NCBI RefSeq assembly: GCF_964213995.1
Contig: NC_135822.1
Coordinates: 63,488,001-63,552,000, forward strand
Reading direction: 5' to 3'
Length of the DNA stretch: 64,000 bases
Source: Mustelus asterias
Lineage: Eukaryota
Shown: one piece after another, positions 1 to 13,559 of the stretch
Layout of the letters: every line of letters starts with the position of its first letter
Numbering within the stretch: position 1 is the stretch's first letter
Position numbers and translations under genes: made by a program
The notes under the pieces: model-generated
What the model saw: only the letters and a program-made list of their open reading frames with translations
Database searches by the model: none
Told to the model about the DNA's origin: nothing

Positions 1-39
1 TGCACCCTAAACTGAACATTACCATTTTCTCTGGGGTAC

Positions 40-690
40 GAGAAAAGAGAGAGCTTGGGGAATGAGTATACACAAACCTTTGAAGGAGGCAGCCACGTTG
101 AGAAGACTATTGTAAATGCATATGGGATCAATGGCTTTATAAACAAAGTACAAAAACAAGTTATTTTTTAAAAAACCTTTATAAAACGTGGATTAGGCCC
201 CAGCTGGAGTCTGGTGTTCAATTCTGAGCATCACACTTTGGGAAGAATGTCCAGGTCTTGGAGACAATTCAGAAGTGATTTACTAGAGTGGTACCATGGA
301 TGAAGGACTTCAGTTACATGGAGAGACTACAAAACTGAAAAGATGTAGGGAGATTTAATAAGGGCTGTTCAAGATGATTCAGTGTTCTATTAGAGTCGAC
401 AAGGGCAAACTGTTTCCGGCTGCAGAAGGGTCAGTAACCAACAGACAGAAATTAGTCCCAGAAATGAGATCAGGAGAAATGTATTCATACTGCAGTTACT
501 TGTAATCTCAAATGCACCCCCAAAAGGGGGGATGGAAGAAAACTCGATAAGAACATTTCAGAAAAAAATTGGATATATGAAGAGGAAAAGATTTTCACAG
601 CAACAGCAAGAAGGCAGGGAGTGGGGCAATCGGATAGCTCTGAGATTTGACACCAGCACAATGGGACAAATGGACTCCTTTTACACTTCA
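40..690 (+). mobile_element. Highly decayed CR1 3' fragment
   Basis: Nucleotide similarity to the CR1 RT end (ttaggccccagctggag..caattctg..) and to the 3' UTR. Confidence 0.6.
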
Positions 691-1749
691 TTATTCCATG
701 TTTTTTAAGGATTTGATCAGTCAAAAGGAAACGGGAGTCAAATAATTTGATGGTATTAGGAAAAGGCAAAGCAATGGTTAAAAATGCTGCAATCTCACTC
801 CGGCATTCAGAAAACAACTTTGACAAAGTCTACTGGGGTTTGTGTAATCCATCTATCTTTGCTGAGTGCATTTTGAGTCAATGCTTCATTGTTCTCTGCT
901 TTTCAAAGCAAGCATCAGTGTTATTTTATCATATCCTGTTGTCATTATACAAACTACTGAGCCCCTTTAAAGACATTAACTCAGTGTTATAAAATTGATG
1001 CCATAAAACAGAGGGGATGTTATCACATCACTCATCCCCAATGAATCAATGATGCATTTCCTTTTCAATAATCATTTTCTACTTTTAAAAGTATTTAATT
1101 ATTCATTGCTTCACTTGTGGCTCAAAGCCTTGTACCTCTGCTTGAGAGTTTTGGCACCTTCAGATGTCAGCCACCTCTCTCCGTTTTTCTGCATGTTTCC
1201 TCTATTCTCATCTACTCCATTTCACTCACTTTTTATTTTTTTCCCAGTCTTTTCCTTCATTCATCATTCTTTTAAGAGCCATTTCACTTCTCTCCCGCAA
1301 CTGGAGATTCTTTGACAGAAGTCAGTGGGGGATTCTTTGTCCATCTAGCCTGGAGAATTGACAGGTATTTTGACCCTGTGAAGCCCAGTCTCGACCATCC
1401 TGTTGGATTCACAAACTTACACTGCCAGTCAGGGTGAACAAGAAAACAAACCGTCAGGGCCAGGAACTCCAGCTGATTTTTCTCCTCCCTTCACCAGGGC
1501 AAACTGAGGTAAATTATACCTCTGGTCCAGTTAACGTGGGATATTAACACGCTTTTGTATGACTCAGTTCTTCATTGGTTGGCATCAATACAAGTCTTAA
1601 TCTAGTGGGGTGGTGACCAATTAACTCTTGAATCCCTTTTGAAATTTAAAATTTCTGTTGAAATGACCTTATTTTTGCCAGCATTTTAAAAGCAATCACA
1701 TCAGAACATGAATCAGCCCATGAAGTTCTTTCTGGTATTCAGCTAGATC

Positions 1750-1784
1750 ATGATGTGGAGATGCCGGCATTGGACTGTGCCCAA
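1750..1784 (-). mobile_element. PLE tail-only micro-insertion
   Basis: atgatgtggagatgccggcattggactg flanked by duplicated ctagatcatgat (1743-1754, overlapping the element end, and 1785-1796). Confidence 0.75.
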
Positions 1785-3999
1785 CTAGATCATGATTGAT
1801 CTGTATCTTCCCTTCATGTACCCACCTTAGCTCCTTAACCCTTGATAACCTAAGCCACAATCCCAGTCTTAAAATTTTCAATTGTCCCAGCATCCACAGA
1901 TATTTTGAGAGAGAGAATCCAGATGTCCATCACCTTTTGTGCAAAAAATTGTTTTCAGTTCTTGCTCTAAAATGGCCAAGCTCTAACTTAAAAATTATGT
2001 CTTCTTGTTCTTGATCCTCAACCACCCTCAACACTGGATTAAATAGTTTCTTCACATCTACCGGAACAATTCCTTTTAAAAGTTTAAACGCCTCAAATCA
2101 GGGAACTCCTCGACCTTCAAAGCCCTAAGAAATTTGCAAGCCAAATAATCTGTCCTCATAATTTAACAAAGAAGCCCAGTATAGTTGTGATTTAAATTTC
2201 AATTATTTGCAAATGATTAAACTCATGGATCCAGGATCGGTTCCTGGCTTGGGTCACTGTGCGGCATCTGCCCCTTCTCCCCGTGTCTGCGTGGATTTCC
2301 TTCAGGTGCTCCAGTTTCCTCCCACAATCCGAAAGACGTGCTGGTTAGGTGCATTGGCCATGCTAAATTCTCCCTCAGTGTTACCCGAACAGGCGCTGGA
2401 GTGACTTCATTACAGTGTTGATGCAAGCTTCCTTGTGACAGAAATAAATAAAATTTAAAAAACCTGCCAGACTGACCTTTCAGAGTCAAGTTATGGATCA
2501 GTGATAACTTCTTCCAATTCCTCCCATCATAAATGCTACTCCTTCACCACTGACCCCAACTCTACACCTCTGCGCAGGCAGAACCAATGAAACTTCAGCA
2601 TTTACCTGCAGCACAATGCTCACCAAACTTTTGTTACCTCCAGACTGAACTATTCTAATACACTTGCCACAAACTTCAACTCCTCTGCAATTCCGCTGTC
2701 TGTTTCTCAACTCACCCCAACTTTTGCTCATCATCCCTGTGCTCATTGACCAGTGTTGTCTCTGGTTGTAACAACATTTTACATTGAAGACGATCAAGCT
2801 TGCTTTTAAATCCCCTTATCCCCTGCCCCATCAGCTTTCCCAAGCTCTCACCAAAACTCTGATCTCTTGTGCATCGCCCCTTCTCTTTATAAGATGAATG
2901 GCGGCCACACCTTCAACACATTCTAGGATTCTTTCAGTGAACTATCACGTCCCCCTCCCCACCACCCATCAACCATCTCCCCTCTTTGATCAAGCATTTG
3001 ATCACTGCCTTTGAATAACAACTCTTTGGCATGGCAGCAATTCTTGTTTTGTATATCTCTTGTAAAATGCCTCGGCACATTTTCCAAGTAATTATTGACT
3101 TGATCTTCAGAAAGCAAAGAACGTTTAAGTCATTCAGAGCATCAGTTACTGGATCAATTTTCAGTCACCTTTAGATTTTCATTTTTCTTTCGGTATAGCC
3201 ACCTGTTGGAAAGAGTATTGTGTATTGGTGCCACATTGGTGCTTTTAAATTTCATTCTGGGATGTGAGCATCACGAGCAAGACTGAAGTTTTTTTCATAT
3301 CTTAATTGTCATGAGAAAATGGTAATAGATCTTCTTAATTCGACTCAGCGGCTTGTTCGGTCACATCAGAGACTAGTTAAGACTCAGCAGAATAATAATT
3401 AAACAAGGGAAATCAAGGGTTTGGTTCTGGTGAAAATCATTGTTATGAAAAACGCTAATTTAAGAACTAATGTATTGTATTAACTACGTGAGCAATAGTA
3501 TGCAGTATATTCAGAAGTAACAACGACATCCAACTTCAAACTAGGACTGTGAAAGCTCCATACAGAATCACAAAAGGTAGAAAGTACCTGTCATGAACAA
3601 CTCATTTTCTCTTCATCTCACCCATCCTCTTCAAATCAGCCCTTTCCCAAACTATTGCTTTTATTTTCACACTGCTACTTTTTTTTCTCTCAAATTTCCA
3701 TTTGGACCTGTATGTCTTTCCACCAGTGGTACATTTTCTAAAAATATGGCAAAAGGAGGTCAAGAAAGCATGGGAGACTTGCCTTTATTTGCTGATGCAT
3801 AGACCATGAGCAGCTAAGCTGGAACTGTATAAAACGACAGACCACAGCTGGAGTCCTCATGCAGGCCTGGTCACCACGTCATAGGAATCACGAGATTGCA
3901 TTAGAGAGGGTAGAGGAGATTTACAAGTACGTTGTCTGGACAGCAGAATTTCAGTTATGAGGAAAGCTTGGACAGTAAGGGAATCAAGGGTTATGGGGA

Positions 4000-4761
4000 C
4001 GTGACGAAACTGTTCCTTTAAGAAATGTATTTTAGTCATGTTTCTGTGCCGAATATGTTTACTAATCCCTTCTATTTTATCTGAGTCATTTTGTTTGGAC
4101 CCAGCAGCACTGCATTGTTTCTACAGCAGCATAATTGATCTCCATGTTTGTTTTAATCTGAACGAGTGCAGAGTTAGGCTTGATTAGGTTGATTGCCAAG
4201 TAAGGTCATATGACTGGGTTGGGCTAGGCTTTCACAGAGAACTTGATTTTGAGATCTTGAGAGATGTTTTGCTCTCTCTCTACGGCTTGCTCTGTTTGAA
4301 GGGGAGACTGGAATCTGCCAAGAAATAAGCCCTTTTCTCTGAGATTCTATTGTCTGGGGGTGGAGCTCTCTCTGGAAGTTACTGCATAAAAATTAGAAGA
4401 CAAGTGTCTACCTGGATCACTCTCCAGAAGGGCCAAAAGGCTGGAAATCAAGTGCCTACATCAGCACCTTTGGTTTCTGTGCTAACTGGCTCTAAAGGAG
4501 GGATTCATGTCTGTGGGGGTACTGCTAAATTGGAACAATAAAGAAAGCTAGCTGTTAAAAATTAAGTAATTTAATTGATAGAAGTTATGCTAATTATTTT
4601 TTGTTACATCCTAACTGTGTTCTTAAATAAAGTTTGTTTTGATAAAAGCTTCCGATTGGCTCACTCATATCTGGAGCGAAACACCTTCTGCTCACCCCAA
4701 TTCCAAAATCAAGAGGCCAACTTCATAAAATACCTTGTAGTTTCTGAACTGATCCTTAACG
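4000..4761 (+). mobile_element. Probable solo LTR inserted in a CR1 3' UTR
   Basis: Splits the CR1 tail caagggttatgggga|..|gggataag. 4-bp TSD ggga, internal AATAAA, termini cgtga..taacg. Confidence 0.55.
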
Positions 4762-5007
4762 GGGATAAGACGAGAAAGTGAAGTTGAGGATTATCATACC
4801 AGATCAGGCATCATCTCATTGAATGGCAGAACAGACTCGATGGGCCAAATTCTCAACTTCTGCTCCTACGTCTAATGGTCTTATGGCAGGCTCGTTGTTT
4901 TCTTGGTCAAGGAAGCTGAAGGGAGCCTTATTAGAAAGGGTGCAGATAGAATGGATCAGCAAGCCCTACTTCCCTTCTTTTGTGGACTCCTGAACCAGAG
5001 GATTTGT

Positions 5008-5028
5008 GGGGGGGGGGGGGGGGGGGGG
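5008..5028 (+). repeat. G21 homopolymer inside a decayed CR1 3' end
   Basis: Directly visible run. Confidence 0.9.
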
Positions 5029-5994
5029 TAAAGTGTTTAGAGTGGATTCAAGGGGAAATGTTTTCAGTCAGAGCATGGTCGGGAACTTGCTGCCTGAAAG
5101 AGTGGCAAATGCAGAAACACTCGTAATATTTAAAAAGCACTTGACATGCACTTTAAGTGCTGGAGGCCAAGAGCCAAAGATTGGGATTAGGCAGAATGGC
5201 CTCTTTCCATGTTGTGGAATCCGCTGCTTAAAACTCCCATGTACCACTTAACTGTTAACTTCCATTAAAACTATGTTTAATGCATTACTTAACTATTGAC
5301 CACCAGTAAATTCAGTGCATTTGTGATGCCAGATAGCTAACCACACCAGATCAAGAAACCATAAGCCTAAATACTTAAGTCTCTCCCCAGTCAGTCAAAA
5401 TATCTTTGCAAAGCTATTACCTCATGCACTATGTACTATAGTACTTAGAAATCAACCTCTTTGCCATCCTAATTTCTCAATGATGCTGTTCCACGGATGT
5501 TAAATTGTGGTTTCATGCTCAAGATTATTGCACTAAGTCCCTGATTTGGTCGCACCATTGTCAGCACATTAGATACTTTCTCTGTGGGCCGAGGGAAAAA
5601 ATCAGTGCACCGATGTAATTTTATTCCTGCTTCCACTGTCTCTGCTGATCCATCATTGTGTCAGAAGTAAATATGCCAATCATACCATGGGCAGGATTTT
5701 ACACCCTCGCTAGACCCAAGACGGAAAATCTCGTCCGAGGTCAACAGACCTTCCCATTGTCTAGCCCTCGCCCACTCTGATTCCTGGGGCAGGCCGAGCG
5801 GTAGAATTCTGACGCATATGTTTTGATGTCCCAGACATTAACAGGATGTAGATTAGGGCAACAAAGCTCATGAACTGACCGCTTTGGACGTCCTCCAAAT
5901 CTGACAAACTAACGCATGAAAAGGGTGGATCCGATATGATCTAGAAAGGACCATCTAGCTTAGGTAGCCAAACACCAGACAGTTGTAATTTTTT

Positions 5995-6347
5995 TAAAAA
6001 TTCATTCTGGGACATGGGCATTGCTGGCTGGCCAGCATTTATTGCCCACCCCTCGTTGCCCTTGAAAGGCAGTTGAGAGTCAACCACGCTGCTGTGGCTC
6101 TGGAGTCACACGTAGGCCAGACCGGGTCAGGATGGCAGATTTCCTTCCCTAAAGAACATTAGTGAACCAGGTGGGTTTTTCCAACAATCAACAATGGTTT
6201 CATGGTCATCAGTAGATTCCTAGTTCCAGATATTTTTTAATTGAATTCAAATTCCACCATCTGCTGTGGCAAGATTCAAACCTAGGTCCCCAGAACATGA
6301 GCCGAGTTTCTGGATTAATAGTCTAGTGATAAGACCACTAGGCCATC
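5995..6347 (-). mobile_element. tRNA-headed SINE sharing its 3' tail with the second non-LTR family
   Basis: Minus-strand head gatggcctagtgg..ggtttgaatc. Tail gggcaataaatgctggcc matches about 51950-52000. Confidence 0.65.
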
Positions 6348-7027
6348 TTAGTATGATGCCTATAGGAATTACAACTAAGAGCCTCCCTTAACATTTGGTT
6401 CCATATCGTTTCTTGAGAGAAGTCGTCAACCTATTAGTCACAACCAATTAGAGAAAAACATTTGGAAAATTCCACTCCAAGTCCAAATTGCCTTTGACTT
6501 CCTCAATGACTCTGTATTCAGTCTACAAGCAGCAGATAGTTTCTTCAATCCTTGTGTGATTGGCACATCAAATAGAAGGACATAACAAAACTAACTCAAG
6601 ATTAAAATGACCATGACCTATCATTTGGTACCTAGTTCTTTTAAGACATACTCACTGTCTTAACCAGAATCACTTCAGTTCTCTCCTCAAGGTATGCAGT
6701 GAATCAAGTTGTTGAACAAGAACTTGCTCAATAGGTCTCTTATTCTTTATGAAAAGAAACTCATAACATTTATTTCATTGGCATGAGCCATGATTTACTA
6801 AAAACGATCCACTGTGCATGCAATTTCAATAGCTTAATTATTTTAAAGACCCGAGTCAAATTGCACAAGTCTATGCTTCTCTCAAATATAGAGACCTAGT
6901 GTTTGAGCCTATCTGGCTAGCCAAGGCATTTTAAACTGGGAATCAGTCACATGGCTCTCCTCTAAGCCTTTCGCAAAGCTTCAAATCCACTCATGTTTAG
7001 GAACCAAGATGGACACAGCATTCTTTT

Positions 7028-7366
7028 GGGCGGCATGGTGGCAGAGTGGTTAGAACACTGCCTCAGTGCCAGGAACCCAGGTTCAATCCTGGCCTTGGGT
7101 GTCTGTTTGTGTGGAGTTTGCACATTCTCTCAATGTCTGTGAGGGTTTCCTCCGGGTGCTGTGGTTTCCTCCCACAGTCCAAAGATGTGCAGGGTCAGAT
7201 GACTGGCCATGCTAAATTGCCCCTTCCAAGATGTATAGGTTCGGGGGATTAGTGGTGCAAATATGTGGGGTTATTGGGTTAGGTCTGGGTAAGATGCTCT
7301 ACTAGAGTCAGTGCAGACTCGATGGGCAAATGGCCTGCTACTGCACTGTAGGGATTCTATGATTCT
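7028..7366 (+). mobile_element. tRNA-derived SINE (HE1/V-SINE-like)
   Basis: A/B-box head, gggtttcctccgggtgct..cccacagtccaaagatgtgc core, LINE-like tail. Confidence 0.85.
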
Positions 7367-8115
7367 TAATAAAGCCAAAACAAGGTCTTGAGTGAGAACA
7401 ATGTGTTGTTTTGTGACAGATATAAACGTGAATGCTCCAGTTCAGCGCTCCATTTGCTTTGGCTGTAACCTTGTGGCATTGTGGACAAACGTTAAGAACC
7501 AGTTAACCAAGGTCTTTTGCTTCCACCACAGTTTTTAGTTCTGATCCTTGAAAGCTGCAAGTGTTTAAGAATAGAATAGAATAGAATAGAAACCCTACAG
7601 TGCAGAAGGAGGCCATTCGGCCCATCGAGTCTGCACCGACCACAATCCCACCCAGGCCCCACCCCCACATATTTTACCCGCTAATCCCTCTAACCTACGC
7701 ATCCCAGGACTCTAAGGGACAATTTTTAACCTGGCCAATCAACCTAACCCGCACATCTTTGGACTGCAAGCAACTCTGGCTCTGATCTCACATTTTACAA
7801 ATCTGGTGGTGACAAATGCCAGTGGTCATGAACATAGAAACAGTCATTGACTGGAGAATTCAGGAACAACACCTTCACACAAAGAGGTTAGAATGTGAAA
7901 TCTGCTGCCACAAGCAGTTGAGCTTTTAAGAGAAAGGTAGACAAACATGAGAGAGGAATACACAGAAAGTAATGTTGACAGAGTTAAGTGAAGAGGGATG
8001 GGAGGCCATTAGTCTGGAACATAAGCACCGTCATGGAAGCGTTGGGCTGAATAGTCTGATAAGCTATGTAATTCCATGCAACTGCATTGCTATGGGTTTT
8101 GGTTTGATTAGATTA

Positions 8116-8530
8116 GGGCAGCATGGTGGCATAGTGGTTAGCACTGCTGCCTCAGTGTCAGGAACCCGGGTCACTATCGTGTGGAGTTTGCACGTTCTCC
8201 CCATGTCTGGGTTTCCTTCGGGTGCTCTGGTTTTCTCATACAGTAAGAAGTCTCACAACACCAGGTTAAAGTCTAACACTTTAACCTGGTGTTGTGAGAC
8301 TTCTTACTGTGCTTACCCCAGTCCAACGCCGGCATCTCCACATCATTTCTCATACAGTCCAAAGATGTACGGGTTAGGTTGATTAGCCATGCTAAATTGA
8401 TCCTAGTGTCAGGGGGAGTGACAGGGTAAATTTGTGGGGTTACAGGAAGTGGGCCTGGGTGAGACTGTGGTCAGTACAGACTCGATGGGCCAAATGGCCT
8501 CCTTCTGTACTGTGGGGATTCTTCGATTCT
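8116..8530 (+). mobile_element. tRNA-derived SINE interrupted by a mini-PLE
   Basis: Same family as 7028-7366. Confidence 0.85.
8245..8345. mobile_element. Mini inverted PLE insertion (subfamily B) inside a SINE
   Basis: About 33-bp hairpin arms plus tail. TSD tttctcatacagt at 8232-8244 and 8346-8358. Confidence 0.85.
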
Positions 8531-11500
8531 AGATATTTATGTGGAACATTTTTCAAAATATTTCACTCAATCCAGATTAACAATGCAAGCAATGATACAA
8601 AAACAAGTGAACTACAACTGTGCTCAAACTATGACTTTAGAGAGGGTGAAATTAGAGTGGGTTCCTGCTCCTGTTCACCAACTTGTGATCTTTGATGAAA
8701 ATGCAACGAAATATGAAGTATAATGTTGAGCTCTCAATACAGTGAGTTACAGGATTACATGCTCGAAGGGTTCAGGATAGTCCTTTCAAAATGGTGAAAC
8801 TGAGTAACTTCCAAATTAACAGTCCCCCCTCACAGGAATGCTATCTCTGAGATATGAAAGGGATTGTTTATCACTCCGTCACTCTGAAGAGAAATAATAA
8901 AGCAGCCCCTAATCATGCAATTTCTCAGGGCTCCCAGTGATAGTGTTACAGAACCAATATGATGGTTTGTGTTCAACATCCAACAAGAATCAGAAGAATA
9001 TCCGAACTGCAGCACATATCATCATAATGCTCCGGGGGATACAAGAAGCTGCTCTCTCATTACCTTTTGTTTCAGTCACATGCAGCTCCTGTTTATTCAG
9101 CAGGTTAAGTATCAAATGAAGACATTAATTGTTCCAGCGAAGTTCAGTGGGTTTTGCATCTTCTTCGTTTCCCCCTCATCCCCCCCGCCCGAGATGAATT
9201 AATGCCAGTAAACCACATGGGTTCCGTTCATTTCCTCAAACGTGCTATCTTAATACTTCCAGCAGACTTCCCGTTCTGTTGAAGAAGCCTTGACACTGTT
9301 GTAAAACATTTCCCTTGATCATCACTTGCGTGCATCTTTAAATGTTATGAAATATTCTTTGATCTTTTCAACTACCGAGGTGATTCACATCATGCAGCCT
9401 CCATGTGGAGTGAGATAGAGGAGCTCGGCCTCTAACCTTCCCCCGATCAGACTTTAGCTTTTTAGTCCAACCAATAAGAAATTTCACCCTATCCATTCTG
9501 CAGTTCCCAATGCACATCATTAACTGCAGAGAATGACTACTTTGTAACAAGGCAGCTGACATCAAACAATCAAGGATTGGGAAAAATCTAAGATTCCTCC
9601 CCCACCGCCCATCCCACTTTAGGCCTTCCATGTTATTTCTGACCAAACTCAAACATAGCTCAACTATCGTCCAATGCTATTACTGCTAAACAAGCAGCAA
9701 GGTGGAAAACAACACATTTCAGCACACTCAACCCTCCTGCATCACCCGAGACTGGGAGCTAGCTGTGCTGAGGCAAACTAGTGTCTGGCTATTCAGTGAC
9801 AATTCACATTGCCATCCTACTGAACTTTACCTAGCTCAGTTTGGAGTTTCAACCAGAAATGTTTTTTGACAACAAACAGTGCATTCACTTCAATGTCTTC
9901 CTCCACCCCCGCTGTTCTTCTCTTGATGCTGTTATTTTCTCACTGGAGTACAGCTTTATAGGCTAGAACATTGTTCTGTCATTGTTCACTCATTGGCTTG
10001 ATATGGAGTGGCAGCAATCTATTCAGTTAAGAAGGTCACCAGAACTGACCTCTCTCCCGTTTTGTGCACCTCAAGCAGCTTATACCTTTGTAGTGATTCG
10101 GGGAGGAAACACTAGCCAACTTTCGAGCTGTGAACCCAAGGATAATTACAGACAACTGCAGCAACCCAATACCACCCCAAGTGAATTCGGCAAATTCACG
10201 AGACTTGGGGTCATACTTAAATCCTTCCTGGTCAAGGAGGCTCTATTTCTGAGCCATCGGGGCACATTTTGTGTTTTGATTTCACATTTCCAGCATCGAC
10301 GCTATTTTTCTTTTATTAAGGCAGCTTTCACACTTCACACAAACCAAAACATTCAAACAACTCACCACTATGAGTTACTTTTAACAGGAGATCCTTTTAA
10401 ATTGGTAGATCTAAAATAAGCAGGTCAAAATGGCAACATTTCACTTCTAGCATGCTTCACGGCACTCTGAACAAAGTCAAGACATTTCTGGAAACAGTCC
10501 CAGTTTTGCCAAATATAAAAAAGCCCAAAAAGATCTTCATGCTAACAAGTGGTTAAAACAATCAAGGATAGAGTTGCACTTTTCACTTATGCAAGGTTTA
10601 AATTGCTGCATAATTGGTTACTATTGATACATCAGAAATAAAGACGGCAAAACTGTTGGCAACCTGTTCACCAGTTGCTTTGGGGAACTGCCCTTGTGCT
10701 CATGTTGACAAAACAGAGGCACACAATTATTGTAAAACTCCTGACATGCCTTCGGGGACATATTCCGTAAAACTAATAAAAACATGAAATGGAAAAACAA
10801 CAACCCATTGTAGCAGCTGATACTAAAGTCAGTGACAGTCAGTTTCAACATTTGGGTCAAATTAATAAATGCCTTATCCCAGAAATCGATACCCTTTCAG
10901 GCTCCACATGCAATTCATTCAGTTCAAAATATTCATTTCCGATTTGCTCTTTCCTAAAAATTTACAGCAACGCTAACGGCTGAGCAGAGAATTGGCTCAT
11001 GCAGGTGGGTTAATCACTATCCTGCTTAGATCGACACAAATCTCCCCACTTAGAAAGTGAAATAAAGAACAAAGAACAATACAGCACAGGAACAGGCCCT
11101 TCGGCCCTCCAAGCCCGCGCCGCTCCCTGGTCCAAACGAGACCATTCTTTTGTATCCCTCCATTCCCACTCCGTTCATCTAGATAAGTCTTAAACGTTCC
11201 CAGTGTGTCCGCCTCCACCACCTTGCCCGGCAGCGCATTCCAGGCCCCACCACCCTCTGTGTAAAATACGTCCTTCTGATATCCGTGTTAAACCTCCTCC
11301 CCCCCCCCACCTTGAACCTATGACCCCTCATGAACGTCACCACCGACCTGGGAAAAAGCTTCCCACCGTTCACCCTATCTATGCCTTTCATAATTTTATA
11401 CACCTCTATTAGGTCACCCCTCATCCTCTGTCTCTCCAGTGAGAACAACCCCAGTTTACCCAATCTCTCCTCATAACTAAGCCCTTCCATACCAGGCAAC

Positions 11501-12113
11501 ATCCTGGTAAACCTCCTCTGCACTCTCTCTAAAGCCTCCAAGTCCTTCCGGTAGTGTGACGACCAGAACTGGGCGTAGTATTCCAAATGCAGCCGAACCA
11601 ACATTCTATACAACCGCAACATCAGACCCCAACTTTTATACTCTTTGCCCCGTCCTATAAAGGCAAGCATGCCATATGCCTTCTTCACTACCTTTTCCAC
11701 CTGTGCCGTCACCTTCAAGGATCTGTGGACGTGCACACCCAGGTCCCTCTGCGTATCTACACCCTTTATGGTTCTGCCATTTATCGTATAACTCCCCCCT
11801 ACGTTAGTTCCACCAAAATGCATCACTTCGCATTTATCAGGATTGAACTCCATTTGCCATTTCTTTGCCCAAATTTCCAGCCTATCTATATCCTTCTGTA
11901 GCCGCTGACAATGTTCCTCACTATCTGCAAATCCAGCCATTTTCGTGTCGTCCGCAAACTTACTGATCACCCCAGTTACACCTTCTTCCAGATCGTTTAT
12001 ATAAATCACAAGCAGCAGAGGTCCCAATACAGAGCCCTGCGGAACACCACTAGGCACAGGCATCCAGCCGGAAAAAGACCCTTCCACTACCACCCTCTGT
12101 CTTCAGTGACCAA

Positions 12114-12588
12114 GATGTGGAGATGCCGGCGTTGGACTGGGGTAAACACAGTAAGAAGTTTAACAACACCAGGTTAAAGTCCAACAGGTTTATTTGGTAG
12201 GAAAAGCCACACAAGCTTTCGGAGCTGCAAGCCCCTTCTTCAGGTGAGTGGGAATTCTGTTCACAAACAGAGCATATAAAGACACAGACTCAATTTACAT
12301 GAATAATGGTTGGAATGCGAATACTTACAACTAATCAAGTCTTTAAGAAACAAAACAATGTGAGTGGAGAGAGAATGCGAATACATTCCAACCATTATTC
12401 ATGTAAATTGAGTCTGTGTCTTTATATGCTCTGTTTGTGAACAGAATTCCCACTCACCTGAAGAAGGGGCTTAGAGCTCCGAAAGCTTGTGTGGCTTTTG
12501 CTACCAAATAAACCTGTTGGACTTTAACCTGGTGTTGTTAAACTTCTTACTGTGTTTACCCCAGTCCAACGCCAGCATCTCCACATCA
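12114..12588. mobile_element. Penelope-like element 3' ends, inverted pair with both tails pointing outward
   Basis: Same sequence as the 3' end of the 56858 element. Left arm 12114-12373, right arm 12384-12588. Confidence 0.9.
12449..12494 (+). ncRNA. Minimal hammerhead motif (mirror copy 12207-12252 on minus strand, loop uugca)
   Basis: Same core as 57823-57868. Confidence 0.78.
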
Positions 12589-13559
12589 TATTAGTTTAAA
12601 CCCACCCGAACTGCACTAGCAAAACTCCCAGCCAGGATATTCGTGCCCTTCCAATTTAGTTGTGACCCATCCTTGTACAGGTGCCCTCCTCTCTTGAAAA
12701 CTTCCCAGTGATCCAGGAGTATGAATCCCTCCCTCCTGGACCAGTCCTTTAGCCAAGCGTTCAATTGTACTATCTCCCTATTCCTGCCTCACTGGCCCGA
12801 GGCATTGGGAGCAGCCCAGAGATTGCCACTCTGGAGGCCCTACATTTTAGCCAATTTCCCAACTCCCTGAATTGCTCTCGTAGGATCCCCCTGCTCTTCC
12901 TATGTACGTAATTTGCACCAATGTGTACAATGAAATAAAGAAGTTTTGCTGGTCTGACTTGTGTGCGTCTCCAATGCTCGTTAATATTTCAGTAATTCCA
13001 TTTTGTTCACCATCACGACATAGAAATACAGGACAGAAACATGCAAACTGGTTTGTCAAGTGTTAAATGTTCTGAATGTCCATCACCTGGAAGCATTATC
13101 ATGTTCAGCATGCAGTGAAAGTAATACAGAAATGACACCGAGGAATTCAGAACTAATTTGTTGCTGTTCCTTGAATCCATTTGCGCAGCTTTCACAGAGA
13201 TTTTGGTCGGTCCAGAGAATCATTGATGGGAAATATCTCGGCTCTCGATTTTCTGGTTCAGACTCCCATAGAGATGATAACCGTGAGGGGAAGTAACTCA
13301 ATTGTTCATTACCACTTTCTGTTTTTGTAAAACGCTAACTCCTTCTCCCTGTTGCAGAGCTTCCTTGAGCCAGAGATGAACTTCCGGACTGTGCCGACTA
13401 GGGGAATTTTTACAGTAACTTCATTGTGTTAATGTAAGCCTTACTTGTGATGAATAAATAAACTTTACTCCCTCATATTTGTGCCATCACCAATTTGCCT
13501 ATTTGCATTTCCATGGCATTGCCTGACTTTACCCCCCATCAGCTGCTGCAGAAATATTC

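Larger units (their letters stand above)
11070..12930 (-). mobile_element. CR1 LINE: ORF1 esterase remnant (12591-12930) and ORF2 RT C-terminal part (11179-12113), internally deleted
   Basis: 304-aa ORF with GVPQGSVLGP, KFADD, HLEY..QFWS. ORF1 reads IVHIGAN..ISGLLP..LNAWL..W..EGF..DG..LN..G. 12-bp TSD tgaaataaagaa at 11058-11069 and 12931-12942. Confidence 0.92.
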
